Virus record (IMG/VR): IMGVR_UViG_3300015607_004160 | Source of the DNA: a virus | Lineage: Duplodnaviria; Caudoviricetes | Reading direction: 5' to 3' (one strand) | DNA length: 64,000 bases | Shown: positions 9,253 to 19,907 of the stretch, piece by piece | Position numbering within the stretch: position 1 is the first letter of the stretch | Layout of the letters: the number at the start of each line of letters is the position of its first letter | Translations under genes and position numbers: made by a program | The notes under the pieces: generated by a model | Told to the model about the DNA's origin: nothing | Seen by the model: the letters and a program-made list of their open reading frames with translations, nothing else | Databases searched by the model: none

Positions 9253-10080
9253 TTAATAATTAATAACCAGAATTTCTTGGCTCTCACCCATATTTTTCTT
9301 CCTGGCCACTTTTTCATAGTCATGTTTTATATTAACCACCTTATATTTACTTAATCTATCCATAAATGGATTTTCTATGCCTTTGTGTACGGATACGCCA
9401 CTTAATGCAAATCTGATACCCTGCTTATCTAGTATATCCAATGTATCATATAGATACTTTTCACTATCTTTAGACCAATAGTTATTGTATCCAGCTTCTG
9501 TTATTCCATAATATGGTGGATCTAAATAGATAAAATCTTCCTTAGTTAACTTATAAATTGAAAAGAAATTACTAAAATGATAGTTAGTAAAGGTTATATC
9601 CTTATTCCTCAATACATTACTATAATCCCTAATTTTCTTAATAGTATTGTCATTAATGGTTCTTTTGCCAAAGGTTTGATTAAATTTAAATTTTTGATTA
9701 AATCTCATCATATTATTGGTACATGAACTAACTAATGCGAAAAATAAGTAAGGATCAAATGTCTTATTAAATTCCTCCCTCACAGAAGCATATTGTTCCG
9801 GTGATGTTTTATCTATCTTATAAGATAATATCTTTTCAATCTCTTCTTCTATATTATCATCTTTAGTTGCTTTATATAGATTATCATAGAATTTAATTAG
9901 TGGACTTAATATGTCATTAGAAACCGTCTTATTGTAATCGGTATTGATACTAACTGATAATCCACCAGCAAAAACATCATAAAAAATTTGAACACTATCT
10001 TTGGATGGAAAATGTTCAATTAATTGTGTCATTATTTTATCTTTACTTCCACTATAATTTAAAGGGCTCTTCAATATCAT
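9253..10080 (-). CDS. Dam-like (D12 class) DNA adenine methyltransferase
   Basis: SPLNYSGSK, DVFAGG, MRFNQK..FN..FGKR, YLDPPY, EILVINY (T4 Dam-like). Confidence 0.9.
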   Translation of the reverse strand: MILKSPLNYSGSKDKIMTQLIEHFPSKDSVQIFYDVFAGGLSVSINTDYNKTVSNDILSPLIKFYDNLYKATKDDNIEEEIEKILSYKIDKTSPEQYASVREEFNKTFDPYLFFALVSSCTNNMMRFNQKFKFNQTFGKRTINDNTIKKIRDYSNVLRNKDITFTNYHFSNFFSIYKLTKEDFIYLDPPYYGITEAGYNNYWSKDSEKYLYDTLDILDKQGIRFALSGVSVHKGIENPFMDRLSKYKVVNIKHDYEKVARKKNMGESQEILVINY

Positions 10081-10229
10081 TCTAAAATATCATTTATTTT
10101 TTTATTTCTAACTTGATTTTTTGCTAATGCTTTTTTTCTATCAAATGTTTCATGACAAATTGAGCAACTAAACTCATAAAATAAAACAGCATAGTCCACC
10201 CTATCAGTTAAATATACTCTACCGCTCAT
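10077..10229 (-). CDS. 50-aa protein with C-terminal RNKKINDIL tag (not in the ORF track)
   Basis: MSGRVYLTDRVDYAVLFYEFSCSICHETFDRKKALAKNQVRNKKINDILE*; fills the gap with overlapping start/stop coupling on both sides. Confidence 0.75.
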   Translation of the reverse strand: MSGRVYLTDRVDYAVLFYEFSCSICHETFDRKKALAKNQVRNKKINDILE

Positions 10230-11356
10230 TATTTTATGTTAAAATGACTTTTAATTATTTCTTTGGCTATATCTTTAGATTTCAAGAAATATTTAGCACT
10301 ACCACTAGTTCTTAATATACCCAGTGATGATAAGACCTTTACAAAGTCATTAGCATCCTTTTGTAATATATTATTACCATTTAACTTAGATAATTCAATG
10401 ATAGATTTTGTGCTTGGTGCTTTATCATTGATTTTAGTATCAACATTATAAATAAGATCAATGATAGAATCATAAAGAATCCATTTTTGATAATTAGGAT
10501 CTCTTTCGATTTTCGCTCTGAACTCATTATATGTTCTAATTTTATAATATCTATTAAAATAAACACCAGCAAGAATTACAAATTCAACCAATGTTGAAAT
10601 AATGACAAAAAATAAAGTATTATTTTTATTTTCATTTTTTTTCTCACCACTTGACTCATTTATTTTAGACTCATACTCTTTTATTTTAAAATCTAGTTCG
10701 GCCTTAATTCTATTTATAGTTGTATCATTACTAACCAAATCAGTTCTTAATTGATCCCTTTCAATTTTTAAATCTCTTACTCTATTACGTTGTTGAGGAG
10801 TTAAGGGTTGAACCGCCTCTAGTGAAGTTTGTTCTTGATCTTTTTGTTCAATTTTACCTTTTATTATTTTAGAATCTTTTTCAATATCTTGAATTTTAAT
10901 ATTATAAATATTACTTAAACTATCTTCATATTTTTTAACATCTTGCTCAGCAATTACCTGTATTTGTTTTTCTTTAGTAGCAAATTCCTTAGCACCTGTA
11001 ATAGATGCGTAAAATGATATACTAACAATTGCAAATGATAATAACATCAATGGATAGATATTTTTATGTACAAATGTCTTTAATTTAATAGCTTGTGAAC
11101 TAAATTTTTGAAATATATCTCTTTTAAGTGATTCTAATCCACTTAATAATATAATAGACGCAATAAATACAACAAATGGATTATTAGTTATTGCTCCTTC
11201 TAGTATTTTAGATAGGAAAAAATAAGCTAAGAATATAGAAGAGATGTGTCCAAAAATAGAAAGGCCGAACATTACGGCATTAATATTTTTATACTCCTTT
11301 CCGAAGCTTTCCTCCTTAATAGAATCTTCTAATTTTTTATATTCATTTATATTCAT
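10229..11356 (-). CDS. Membrane protein with coiled coil
   Basis: Three N-terminal hydrophobic helices, a long coiled coil, a fourth TM helix and a C-terminal soluble domain. Confidence 0.75.
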   Translation of the reverse strand: MNINEYKKLEDSIKEESFGKEYKNINAVMFGLSIFGHISSIFLAYFFLSKILEGAITNNPFVVFIASIILLSGLESLKRDIFQKFSSQAIKLKTFVHKNIYPLMLLSFAIVSISFYASITGAKEFATKEKQIQVIAEQDVKKYEDSLSNIYNIKIQDIEKDSKIIKGKIEQKDQEQTSLEAVQPLTPQQRNRVRDLKIERDQLRTDLVSNDTTINRIKAELDFKIKEYESKINESSGEKKNENKNNTLFFVIISTLVEFVILAGVYFNRYYKIRTYNEFRAKIERDPNYQKWILYDSIIDLIYNVDTKINDKAPSTKSIIELSKLNGNNILQKDANDFVKVLSSLGILRTSGSAKYFLKSKDIAKEIIKSHFNIK

Positions 11357-11365
11357 TTTATTTTA

Positions 11366-11683
11366 TTATTTTTTTTTACCAAGAATCCTCTCCATAAATG
11401 TAAGCTTCCGATTTCTCTCTTTATCTAATCTAGATTCTAGGTCTTTTTTAACTGAATTATATTCAATTTTAATACTATTCAACTCATTTTCAACTTTATT
11501 TAGCATCATAGTTGATTCATCTAACTGACTCTTTAACTGTTCATTCTTTGCGTAAATAGCTCTATAGAAGTTTTTATATTTTAATAATAAAAATCGAGAC
11601 TCATCTTGATTTAGTCCCTCATTAAAATCTGAGGTCATTAAATAGTCTAATATGTCCTTTTCGGTTAAAAAGTCGTTTATCAT
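11366..11683 (-). CDS. Hypothetical coiled-coil protein
   Basis: 105-aa ORF. Confidence 0.7.
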   Translation of the reverse strand: MINDFLTEKDILDYLMTSDFNEGLNQDESRFLLLKYKNFYRAIYAKNEQLKSQLDESTMMLNKVENELNSIKIEYNSVKKDLESRLDKERNRKLTFMERILGKKK

Positions 11684-11704
11684 AGTTACTATATATTTAT
11701 TTTA

Positions 11705-12766
11705 TTAAAATCCCATTTCCATAGATTTACCCTTAGTTTTTTTATTTTTCAACACCTCTATTATTCTTGGATTATGAAATTTATTCTTTTGTCCTAAATA
11801 CTTACAAATTTCATCTACTGTAGACTTTTCTAATCTATCAACTTCTATAACATCAATTAGATTATTACACTCCAATAGAGTTGGGTCTATTTCATGTTCA
11901 TCTGGTGTGTTTAATATTGTGACTATATGAAGACTATCCATATCAGAGGAAACCCCATCTACCATTTGTAATAGGTTATTAGTAAATATATTAGACTTGG
12001 TATAAGCGTGTGAGAAGAATATTTCACAATCATCTATTACAAGTATAGAATTTCTATATCTCTTAATTATATTTTTAAATTCATTACTATTTATAGTAAC
12101 ATCAATCATATTAGCAGGAACAAAAATACACAATTTATCAATATTTGAAGCAATATGTGTAATTAATGTTGTTTTACCTGATCCTCTTTCACCATATATA
12201 ATACTCAATCCCTTTTTAGCATTTTTAATTGATTTTGTCAATCTTTTCGATTTTTTCATAACACTACTATTATAATAGAGATCAATATTATCATAATCGA
12301 AGTCTATTGGATCAATTGGTTCCAATTGCAATCCATCAGGAGTTAGTGTAAGTATATTAAATTTTTGCTGTACTCCATCTTGATAGTCAACTATAAAGGG
12401 TGATAGTGATTCTATTAAATTATTTGATTCTTTTTCAAATTCAGATTTGTAATAGATTGAGATATCTGTAATTACTCCTAATTCCGATGTTTTATCATAC
12501 TCAACAAATGATAAATATATACCATCATTTATCTTTACTAATGATTTTTCGTTAATTATAGAATCATCACCAGTTGGTATTATTTCTTTGGATAAAGTTT
12601 TTGAAATTGATATTTTATTTACAAACTCAACAAATTCCTTTATTTTATAAGTACTATAAATTGATATTTTATTTGGAATACCATCAAAATCAGCGGCACA
12701 AAAGAGATAATCGTTTATTGATGGATCATCTTTATTTATATTTAAATTTAATTTATTATTAATCAT
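11705..12766 (-). CDS. AAA+ ATPase
   Basis: GERGSGKTT Walker A, LVIDDCE Walker B, NLLQMVDG; the Arg-finger region looks degenerate (DPTLLECNN). Confidence 0.8.
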   Translation of the reverse strand: MINNKLNLNINKDDPSINDYLFCAADFDGIPNKISIYSTYKIKEFVEFVNKISISKTLSKEIIPTGDDSIINEKSLVKINDGIYLSFVEYDKTSELGVITDISIYYKSEFEKESNNLIESLSPFIVDYQDGVQQKFNILTLTPDGLQLEPIDPIDFDYDNIDLYYNSSVMKKSKRLTKSIKNAKKGLSIIYGERGSGKTTLITHIASNIDKLCIFVPANMIDVTINSNEFKNIIKRYRNSILVIDDCEIFFSHAYTKSNIFTNNLLQMVDGVSSDMDSLHIVTILNTPDEHEIDPTLLECNNLIDVIEVDRLEKSTVDEICKYLGQKNKFHNPRIIEVLKNKKTKGKSMEMGF

Positions 12767-12798
12767 GTAAAAAAAGTTATTTTTATTTTTTAATATAT

Positions 12799-13008
12799 AT
12801 GGAAAAATTCACCGTCCTAAAAATGAAAAATGATGTGGAGTCTATTTTAGCAATAAATCGTTATTTACTAAATAGTAAAAATGATATTAAAAAGAAAGAA
12901 TTAGTAAGAGGATATTTAACTTCAAAACTAAATTCGATGCTAGAAAGTCCAAAAAAGGAAGTAGTAACTAGTCTTTTTAATATACCATTAACTCTACTTT
13001 CACTTTAG
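12799..13008 (+). CDS. Hypothetical protein
   Basis: 69-aa ORF; late motif at 12791-12799, so the true start may be the ATG at 12823. Confidence 0.5.
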   Translation: MEKFTVLKMKNDVESILAINRYLLNSKNDIKKKELVRGYLTSKLNSMLESPKKEVVTSLFNIPLTLLSL

Positions 13009-13217
13009 ATTTGAGGCCCTTGTCCAAGGTCAATGATTGGACCACTAACTCCGGGAATAGCGGAAACGTTATTATCAAATTTACCAGCAGCTTTTTCTCT
13101 CTCTATTAGTTCCGCAAGGAAATTTTCTTTAGCTTTTTCCAACTTTTTTTGTTGTACTTTAATTGATTCGTTTCTTTTAGCAACCCTCTTTCTATGCTCT
13201 TTTTTATTTTTACCCAT
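13005..13217 (-). CDS. Small basic hypothetical protein
   Basis: 70-aa ORF; TAAAC-N17-TTATAA at 13236-13263. Confidence 0.7.
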   Translation of the reverse strand: MGKNKKEHRKRVAKRNESIKVQQKKLEKAKENFLAELIEREKAAGKFDNNVSAIPGVSGPIIDLGQGPQI

Positions 13218-13269
13218 TGTATATTGTTTTTTATATTATAAAGATAATACTAACAGAAGTTTATATGTT

Positions 13270-14364
13270 TTAAACGGAATTTTCATTGAAAATCACCGTA
13301 TATTTACTTTTTATTTCTTCTAAGTAATCTTCACTTACGTTAGGAACAAGTGTTCCATCGGGTAAATAAACATCATATATATAACTTATCAATTCAATGT
13401 TGGCTGTTCTTACCTGAGTAATCATTGGATCAATACTATTTAAAAACTCTACACTATCATTCTCATCAAATCCATCATCGGTTATTTCGGGTATTTTATA
13501 CCCCTTTTCCATATTAGCTAATCTTTCTGTTAATTCATCAATTTCATCTTGTTTATCTTTTATTTCCTTAGCTGTTCCATTTGGTCTACGGTGTTTTCCA
13601 AATCCCTTCAACCAATTTAAATCCGCTTTAGCTGATTCAAGTTGCTTTTTAAGTGATGATATTTGTGATGATAGATTACTTGGCTTAACTTTTTTCTTTA
13701 GCTTTCCAACTAATCCACTGGCAATACTTTTTAACGATTTTACTGCACCGAAAATAGATATTAATATAGTTAGGGCTAAGTTAAGTGGAGTTGTAATGAC
13801 ATCAAACTTATTCTTAGGAAGTAAGTATGTTAAATTTTTAAGTGGATCTAAATACTGTATAACATCCATTAACTTATCTACAATTTTAGATATTGCATCT
13901 ACAATTAACATAACTAATGATATTGCTGCTGGTACATTAAAAGATGGTGGAGAAACTAAAACTGCTGCTCCAGATATTGCGGTTGATATTTGTACAGATA
14001 TTTTTATAAGATCCTGTATTAAATCCTTTTGTGATTTAACCATCAACATAGCCGCCTGCCTAGTATCATCTTTCATTTTCTTTACTTGGTCATAATATTG
14101 ACTGGTTTTTGGTAATGGGTATATATGATTATCACGGCCAAACTTTGCTAATTGTTCTTTTTCATTTGCAATTGAAGCGGTTAGTCCGCTTATTCTACCA
14201 TCAATCATCATTTCAGCATCTTCCTTACTAAGACTCGGAGTTTTCGCCCTAATTATATTCTTTGCTATTTCATTATCTGGAAGGAAATTAGAAGCAATAT
14301 CAAAGTTGATACCGTAAATAGATTCTTTTAATTTATTAATGTTATTTTCTAATTGAGTAGCCAT
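13270..14364 (-). CDS. Hypothetical protein with hydrophobic helices and coiled coil (possible virion protein)
   Basis: 364-aa ORF; AAATATATA late-like motif upstream. Confidence 0.75.
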   Translation of the reverse strand: MATQLENNINKLKESIYGINFDIASNFLPDNEIAKNIIRAKTPSLSKEDAEMMIDGRISGLTASIANEKEQLAKFGRDNHIYPLPKTSQYYDQVKKMKDDTRQAAMLMVKSQKDLIQDLIKISVQISTAISGAAVLVSPPSFNVPAAISLVMLIVDAISKIVDKLMDVIQYLDPLKNLTYLLPKNKFDVITTPLNLALTILISIFGAVKSLKSIASGLVGKLKKKVKPSNLSSQISSLKKQLESAKADLNWLKGFGKHRRPNGTAKEIKDKQDEIDELTERLANMEKGYKIPEITDDGFDENDSVEFLNSIDPMITQVRTANIELISYIYDVYLPDGTLVPNVSEDYLEEIKSKYTVIFNENSV

Positions 14365-14420
14365 TTAAGATTTATATCTTTTGGATATATATTTATTCCA
14401 CTAGTTTACAATCAAATTTT

Positions 14421-14780
14421 TTAAATTGAAACCATAATTTTAGGTGTTGTATGATAACATCCGTCAGTTATCTGTATTTTAAGGTCATGTTCCCTACAAT
14501 AAGCATTGCATAATTCATAATCCTCATTTTCATCCAAACTAGAGAAGAATCTATTACCATCATTATCATAATAAACCTCAAAATCTTGATTATAATAGTG
14601 ATTAACGTATTTAATGATATAATCAGCAGCCATCATATCACTATTAAAGCAATGTACTAAGTTATATACATCATCTATAAAGTCACTATTTCTTACTATA
14701 ACACAATATATTGTAGGATCATTATCCCACTTTTTAATCATTTCTTCAGATGAAGATTCATTAAATCTCTTTATCTTCAT
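14421..14780 (-). CDS. Hypothetical protein with N-terminal KIKRFNES tag
   Basis: Start reassigned to MKIKRFNES. Confidence 0.75.
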   Translation of the reverse strand: MKIKRFNESSSEEMIKKWDNDPTIYCVIVRNSDFIDDVYNLVHCFNSDMMAADYIIKYVNHYYNQDFEVYYDNDGNRFFSSLDENEDYELCNAYCREHDLKIQITDGCYHTTPKIMVSI

Positions 14781-16158
14781 CGGTAGTAGGTATGTTTTTT
14801 TCAGACACTCTAAAATTAAAGTCATCTGCTAGTTCAAATTTATACTTAGCTGATAATTTAGAGCTTATATCACCACCACTAAATCTAACTATAATATTAA
14901 AATTAATAAGTGGTTTGTCATCCATTTCTAAATTTACTTTAATAGTAAAATCATTATTTTCTTCTTCTTCATCAACTAACATCTTAACATGATAATCAAA
15001 ACTAACTTTTAAATCATCATATACCTGTCTAAAAAAGTCTCTTGATGGTATTTGATTAAATACATTTCCATTATTTCCCAAGTAATATGTCATTCTTTCA
15101 GAACATCCTAGTTTTTCAACTAATGTTTTGACTAATTTCATTTTAACATTACCATCAGCTAATTTGAAACCATTATCTAGCTTTTTAATGTCATCTAAGT
15201 TGTTTTTAGTTATTGATTCAGTTAATAGATGCTCCAGTATCTTAGAATTTAATATAAATACTTTTGTTTCCATCCATTCATTATAAACTCTTTCAACATC
15301 CATGAAGCAATTATCACGATTTTTCCAAATTTCACTCATTAAATCATGAAAATTAAGAATGTTTTTGTTAAACTCTTTGATAAATTCACCCAAGTGTTTA
15401 AACCTAGGATCTCTGTGTTTTATTTCAAAATATCTGAACCAATCTAAGGAATCTATTCTATCCTCGTCTATAAATTTTTCAATATGGATTTGAATATTCT
15501 TATTTGCATTGTCATATATAGTTCTAACCCATTGTTGAACTAACTTATTCCATTTCTGAATATACTCTGGTCCATATAACTTATCTATTTCATTTCCAAT
15601 TAAATCATCTGCAAATGTATTAAAGCTTGCAGTTTTATTCACAGTAATATTCTTATTTAAATAAAATGAATATTGTCTACCATCAGTTAGTTCTAAAACA
15701 ATATCTTCAGTATGGTCCTGATCTTTATTTGGACCTATCCAATATACTGCAACTACCATATCCTCGGTCACTTTACCATCTGGTAAAAGTTTATCTATAA
15801 TGTTTCTTGCTAGTATTCTAGCATTAACCAATTTATTCCAATCTTCTTCAATATTAAAACTAACCTCATCAAAAAATCCATTTAGTTTAGAAATTTCATT
15901 ATCAACTACACATTTATTATCAACAAATTGACCTAGATGTAATCTATTTTTAGCCAAAACCATATTTTTCAAATCTGTTAGAAAAACTCTTGAACTCTCA
16001 CTGTATCTAGCTTTTAATCCTTTATCTAATATACCATCTAGAAAAGAATTATTTATCAACAGCATACTTACACAAATTTCATGTATTATATTTGTTGGCT
16101 TATAGTAGCTCTTTTCAACTGATTCCAATAATAAAAAATCTAAATATTTCTTAATCAT
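14761..16158 (-). CDS. Hypothetical protein with N-terminal tag
   Basis: 465-aa ORF starting MIKKYLDFLLLES. Confidence 0.8.
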   Translation of the reverse strand: MIKKYLDFLLLESVEKSYYKPTNIIHEICVSMLLINNSFLDGILDKGLKARYSESSRVFLTDLKNMVLAKNRLHLGQFVDNKCVVDNEISKLNGFFDEVSFNIEEDWNKLVNARILARNIIDKLLPDGKVTEDMVVAVYWIGPNKDQDHTEDIVLELTDGRQYSFYLNKNITVNKTASFNTFADDLIGNEIDKLYGPEYIQKWNKLVQQWVRTIYDNANKNIQIHIEKFIDEDRIDSLDWFRYFEIKHRDPRFKHLGEFIKEFNKNILNFHDLMSEIWKNRDNCFMDVERVYNEWMETKVFILNSKILEHLLTESITKNNLDDIKKLDNGFKLADGNVKMKLVKTLVEKLGCSERMTYYLGNNGNVFNQIPSRDFFRQVYDDLKVSFDYHVKMLVDEEEENNDFTIKVNLEMDDKPLINFNIIVRFSGGDISSKLSAKYKFELADDFNFRVSEKNIPTTDEDKEI

Positions 16159-16502
16159 AATGATATTCTTGCGTCTTTTTTAATATGTGACTCTTCTTCC
16201 TTTTTATCGTGACTATATATACTTTTAACTTTATTGTATATCTTTCTTCCTTGATTCCAACTCACATCCATTTTAACATCATCAACTTCAAGAATATAAT
16301 GGCCTATTGGACTTCCCATTATATTAATATCGTACCTAATAGATATGTTAAATCCCTTCACATTGAATCGGAATTTAGAATATGATTCGTCATTGATGAT
16401 ATCTGATGATTTTAATTCATCAAGATTCTTTAATATTTTTTGCGCAATATCAGAATCTTTATTCCAAAAAGCATATTCTTTAATATATTTCATCTTATTC
16501 AA
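16155..16502 (-). CDS. Hypothetical protein
   Basis: (MNK)MKYIKEY start; coupled within the operon. Confidence 0.7.
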   Translation of the reverse strand: MNKMKYIKEYAFWNKDSDIAQKILKNLDELKSSDIINDESYSKFRFNVKGFNISIRYDINIMGSPIGHYILEVDDVKMDVSWNQGRKIYNKVKSIYSHDKKEEESHIKKDARISL

Positions 16503-17205
16503 ATTTAGTTAATTCATATACTTGACCATGATAATTACATTCTGAACAAGCAAAATTTCCGGAATAACAATCAGAGTCGAATATATCCGAATCACATTTT
16601 GGACAAACTCCAACTAAATTATCATCCCCACTTGATTCTTTAATTTTAGTAATTTTACTTAGCCCTTGCTTTTGAAAGTCATCAAAATTCATCACTCTTT
16701 TCCCTTTTGGCTCTGCTGATGTTGTGTAGTCTTGCTTCTTAGAGAAGGTACTCCTTAATGATTTTAGGTCTAATTTTCTTTCTCTACTTTTCTTACCTGT
16801 TCTAGCACCATGATTTTTACCCATTTCTTTTGCAGGTGTTTTTTGATACATTTTATCAGGACCAGGAAATGGATTAGAAATATCCCCTGATCCGATTGTT
16901 CCTCCGTTTCCAGACCAATTATTACCAATAGTTGATCCAGCATAAGATGATGGTTGTGCAGCAGTTACTGCTCCCATCCCACCAATACCAGCATTAGCAA
17001 AAGCTACTCCCCCAGATCCAACATCACCACCACTAACAGCACCCGCTGGACCACCCGTAGCACTTGTATCTTCAATTATAGAGTAGATATATTCCTTCTC
17101 TTTTTTATCAATAATTTGATTGATTTGTTTAGTAGATTTTTTCTCAAGAATCATTTGAGTTCTTAATTCTACTAACTCTTCTATGGTTAATTGATTTAAT
17201 TTCAT
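16495..17205 (-). CDS. Gly-rich protein with C-terminal zinc ribbon
   Basis: IIE|DTSATGG Gly-rich segment; CPKC..CSEC after IKES. Confidence 0.75.
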   Translation of the reverse strand: MKLNQLTIEELVELRTQMILEKKSTKQINQIIDKKEKEYIYSIIEDTSATGGPAGAVSGGDVGSGGVAFANAGIGGMGAVTAAQPSSYAGSTIGNNWSGNGGTIGSGDISNPFPGPDKMYQKTPAKEMGKNHGARTGKKSRERKLDLKSLRSTFSKKQDYTTSAEPKGKRVMNFDDFQKQGLSKITKIKESSGDDNLVGVCPKCDSDIFDSDCYSGNFACSECNYHGQVYELTKFE

Positions 17206-17261
17206 ATCCTATATATAAAAATATTATCTTCAAAAAGCAATCTATTTTTATATATAACCTT

Positions 17262-17900
17262 ATGTTGGACATAAAGAAGTTAGAGATAAATAAATTATTT
17301 AAAGAGTTTGAATATGTTAAATCTGATTATGAATATAAATCAGAAATAGTAAGAGAAGCCGATGTAGAATTTTTAAAAAGTATAGATACTATACTAAATA
17401 AAAGCGAAGAATTAAAATCAATCTACCATGATAAGGTAGATATAAAAATAAAAGACAAAATTGAAAAAAGAACACAAGATATTCATATTGAAGAAAGTGA
17501 TGATGGTAGATTCGAAGTTGAGATCAGTATTGAGGAAAATAATCATCAAACGAATATTAGACCAAATAAAATAAAAAAATTATATCGTCAAATAGTTAAG
17601 ATCACACACCCCGATAAAGTAGAACAAGAAAGACTGAACACACTTTATATAGAAGCATCTAAATTTTATAACGAAAATGATATAATTGGAATTTATAAAA
17701 TATGTGATGAGCTATCCATACCATACGAGGTAGAAGATGATGATATCTTACTGGTAAAAGAAAATATTTCAATTTTTAAAGATAGAATTTCTTTCTTAGA
17801 AAATACCTTCACTTGGAAGTGGTTTAATGAAAATGATGACAATAAAGTTGAATTAGTTTTAAAATATATAAGGAGTCAAATCATTGGTATTAAAAATTAA
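17262..17900 (+). CDS. J-domain-containing protein
   Basis: IKKLYRQIVKITHPDK (HPD motif). Confidence 0.7.
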   Translation: MLDIKKLEINKLFKEFEYVKSDYEYKSEIVREADVEFLKSIDTILNKSEELKSIYHDKVDIKIKDKIEKRTQDIHIEESDDGRFEVEISIEENNHQTNIRPNKIKKLYRQIVKITHPDKVEQERLNTLYIEASKFYNENDIIGIYKICDELSIPYEVEDDDILLVKENISIFKDRISFLENTFTWKWFNENDDNKVELVLKYIRSQIIGIKN

Positions 17901-17911
17901 ATATATACCTT

Positions 17912-18142
17912 ATGAGTAAAATAAATAAATACGAAGATTTTAAAAATGTTAATGAATCCATGACTAATGATTCAGTACAAGATCTAATACAAAAAGCCAA
18001 AAGAATGGTTTCTAAAGATCAAATCCAAAAATTCATTCAGGATAATCAATCAGAGGTTGAAAGAGTTAAAGATTTATTAACAGATGAAAATGGTGGTATA
18101 GATTATAATAAGGTCTCTAAGTTTATTCAAAAAAATATCTAA
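17912..18142 (+). CDS. Small protein with N-terminal tag
   Basis: MSKINKYEDFKNVNES; AAATATATA upstream. Confidence 0.7.
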   Translation: MSKINKYEDFKNVNESMTNDSVQDLIQKAKRMVSKDQIQKFIQDNQSEVERVKDLLTDENGGIDYNKVSKFIQKNI

Positions 18143-18144
18143 TT

Positions 18145-18951
18145 ATGCACGTTATATATTCGGTACATATCGTAGATACCATAAATCTTAAAGACGCGAA
18201 AAGTAAAATAAATGGTAAGTTATTGAATGAGACCATCTCGGAACTATTTTATGATATGGGTGGTAAATTACTAGCTATTTATAATTATGGTGCAATAAGT
18301 TTTGCTAATTATGATAAATCCAGCTCTGATGAGATAGTGAAATTAGTTAAATCTATATCCGAAGATACCGCTGAATATAATGTTACCGATGAAGAAATAA
18401 AAATTGATGTTTATAATACTGAAACAGAAGAAGAAGAAGAAAAATATGGCAAATTTTCATTTGAAGACAATATATTATATGTACCTGAAAAGATGTTTGT
18501 AGACAAAAACATGTTTAGAATAGTTATGTTTAATTTATCACAAACTGTAACTATGGATTACTATAGTTATATCGGTGATAGTCTATTAAATAATACTAAA
18601 AAATTAACCAAAGAATTAGAATTAAAAGGTAAAATAGATATATCAAAATCAGAAATGATGAAATTTATTGGTAAAAGCTTAAATGCAAAAACCAATGTTG
18701 TTGACACACTATACATTTTTGATTCACCAGATTTAACATGGGAAAATCCCGATATAGATGAATTACATAAATTTTTGGTATATGAATTTGATTTAAAATC
18801 TAGATTTAGAGAGCTAGAATACTCATTCAAAATTGTAGATGATAATCTACAAACATTCAAAGACATCTATCAACATAAGGAATCGTATGTCATGGAAACA
18901 ATTGTTATTATACTTATCTTGATTGAGGTTATTAAATCTTTTACTGAATAA
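18145..18951 (+). CDS. RMD1/DUF155 family protein
   Basis: YNYGAISF, LSQTV.MDYY, DSPDLTWE, FDLKSRF, C-terminal TM METIVIILILIEVI. Confidence 0.85.
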   Translation: MHVIYSVHIVDTINLKDAKSKINGKLLNETISELFYDMGGKLLAIYNYGAISFANYDKSSSDEIVKLVKSISEDTAEYNVTDEEIKIDVYNTETEEEEEKYGKFSFEDNILYVPEKMFVDKNMFRIVMFNLSQTVTMDYYSYIGDSLLNNTKKLTKELELKGKIDISKSEMMKFIGKSLNAKTNVVDTLYIFDSPDLTWENPDIDELHKFLVYEFDLKSRFRELEYSFKIVDDNLQTFKDIYQHKESYVMETIVIILILIEVIKSFTE

Positions 18952-18954
18952 TTA

Positions 18955-19344
18955 TTATACCTCTTCTAAACATTGAATCAATCCTTCAAAAGTATCACAT
19001 TTATAAAATCTATAGGATAATTGGTCATATACATAATACCATTCATCATCAATTTTTCTAACTGCAAATTGAGAATTCATCATTAATGAAGAAACCAGTC
19101 CATTGCAATTTTTATTACAATAACGAATCCATTTGTCGATTTCTATCATATGGTTGCCCCTTAGTCCTTGTCCAAATAGACTTTTTAATTTTTCTATTTC
19201 CATTTTTGTGAATCCGTCCAGCTTTTTGGGGCCGTTCCAATCTGTACCTGATACTATATTATCATCTCCAGCAAACTTCTCCCATTCCTCAACTTCTATT
19301 TCATGGTATAGTTTATTAAAACTTTCAAATAATTTAATTTTCAT
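18955..19344 (-). CDS. Hypothetical protein with N-terminal tag
   Basis: MKIKLFESF; C-terminal DDEWYYV..YKCDTFEGL. Confidence 0.75.
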   Translation of the reverse strand: MKIKLFESFNKLYHEIEVEEWEKFAGDDNIVSGTDWNGPKKLDGFTKMEIEKLKSLFGQGLRGNHMIEIDKWIRYCNKNCNGLVSSLMMNSQFAVRKIDDEWYYVYDQLSYRFYKCDTFEGLIQCLEEV

Positions 19345-19906
19345 CTCTCTTCCCTAAATATTTAAATAGTATATATTGAAGCTCCGGAGTATTTTCTTCC
19401 CATACTCGAATAGGATCCTCCATCAACTTATCATTCCATATTTCAACTTGACCAATTCTGTCAAGATTTCTTATTATTGAAACGTCTTCTGGTATATCAA
19501 CAGCCTTTTCAGCTTTTTGATATCTATCATATATATCCATTCCTGATAACATGCTCTTAAAGGCAGCCGTTTTATCCATTGATATTGCAATGGGGTGTTT
19601 GATCCATTTTATATTTTTATATAAGAATTTTTGATTTTTTGAATAAAAAAATCTATCAACTAATAGTATTCTATGATAATAGAAATCAAAATCATATTTA
19701 CTTATTACAATAACATCATTAAATCTATTATTTGTTTTAAGATAAATATCTATTTTATCTGCTAAACCAGGTGTAATATCATATTCTATATATAAGAAAA
19801 ATTCACCACTATCTTTTTTTGATAAATATTTTTCATCAACTTCAGATAGTAAGTAATCTAAGTATTCCTCAGCATTAAATGATTCATTAAACCTTCTTAC
19901 CCTCAT
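19334..19906 (-). CDS. Hypothetical protein with N-terminal tag
   Basis: MRVRRFNESF. Confidence 0.75.
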   Translation of the reverse strand: MRVRRFNESFNAEEYLDYLLSEVDEKYLSKKDSGEFFLYIEYDITPGLADKIDIYLKTNNRFNDVIVISKYDFDFYYHRILLVDRFFYSKNQKFLYKNIKWIKHPIAISMDKTAAFKSMLSGMDIYDRYQKAEKAVDIPEDVSIIRNLDRIGQVEIWNDKLMEDPIRVWEENTPELQYILFKYLGKRDEN

Positions 19907-19907
19907 A

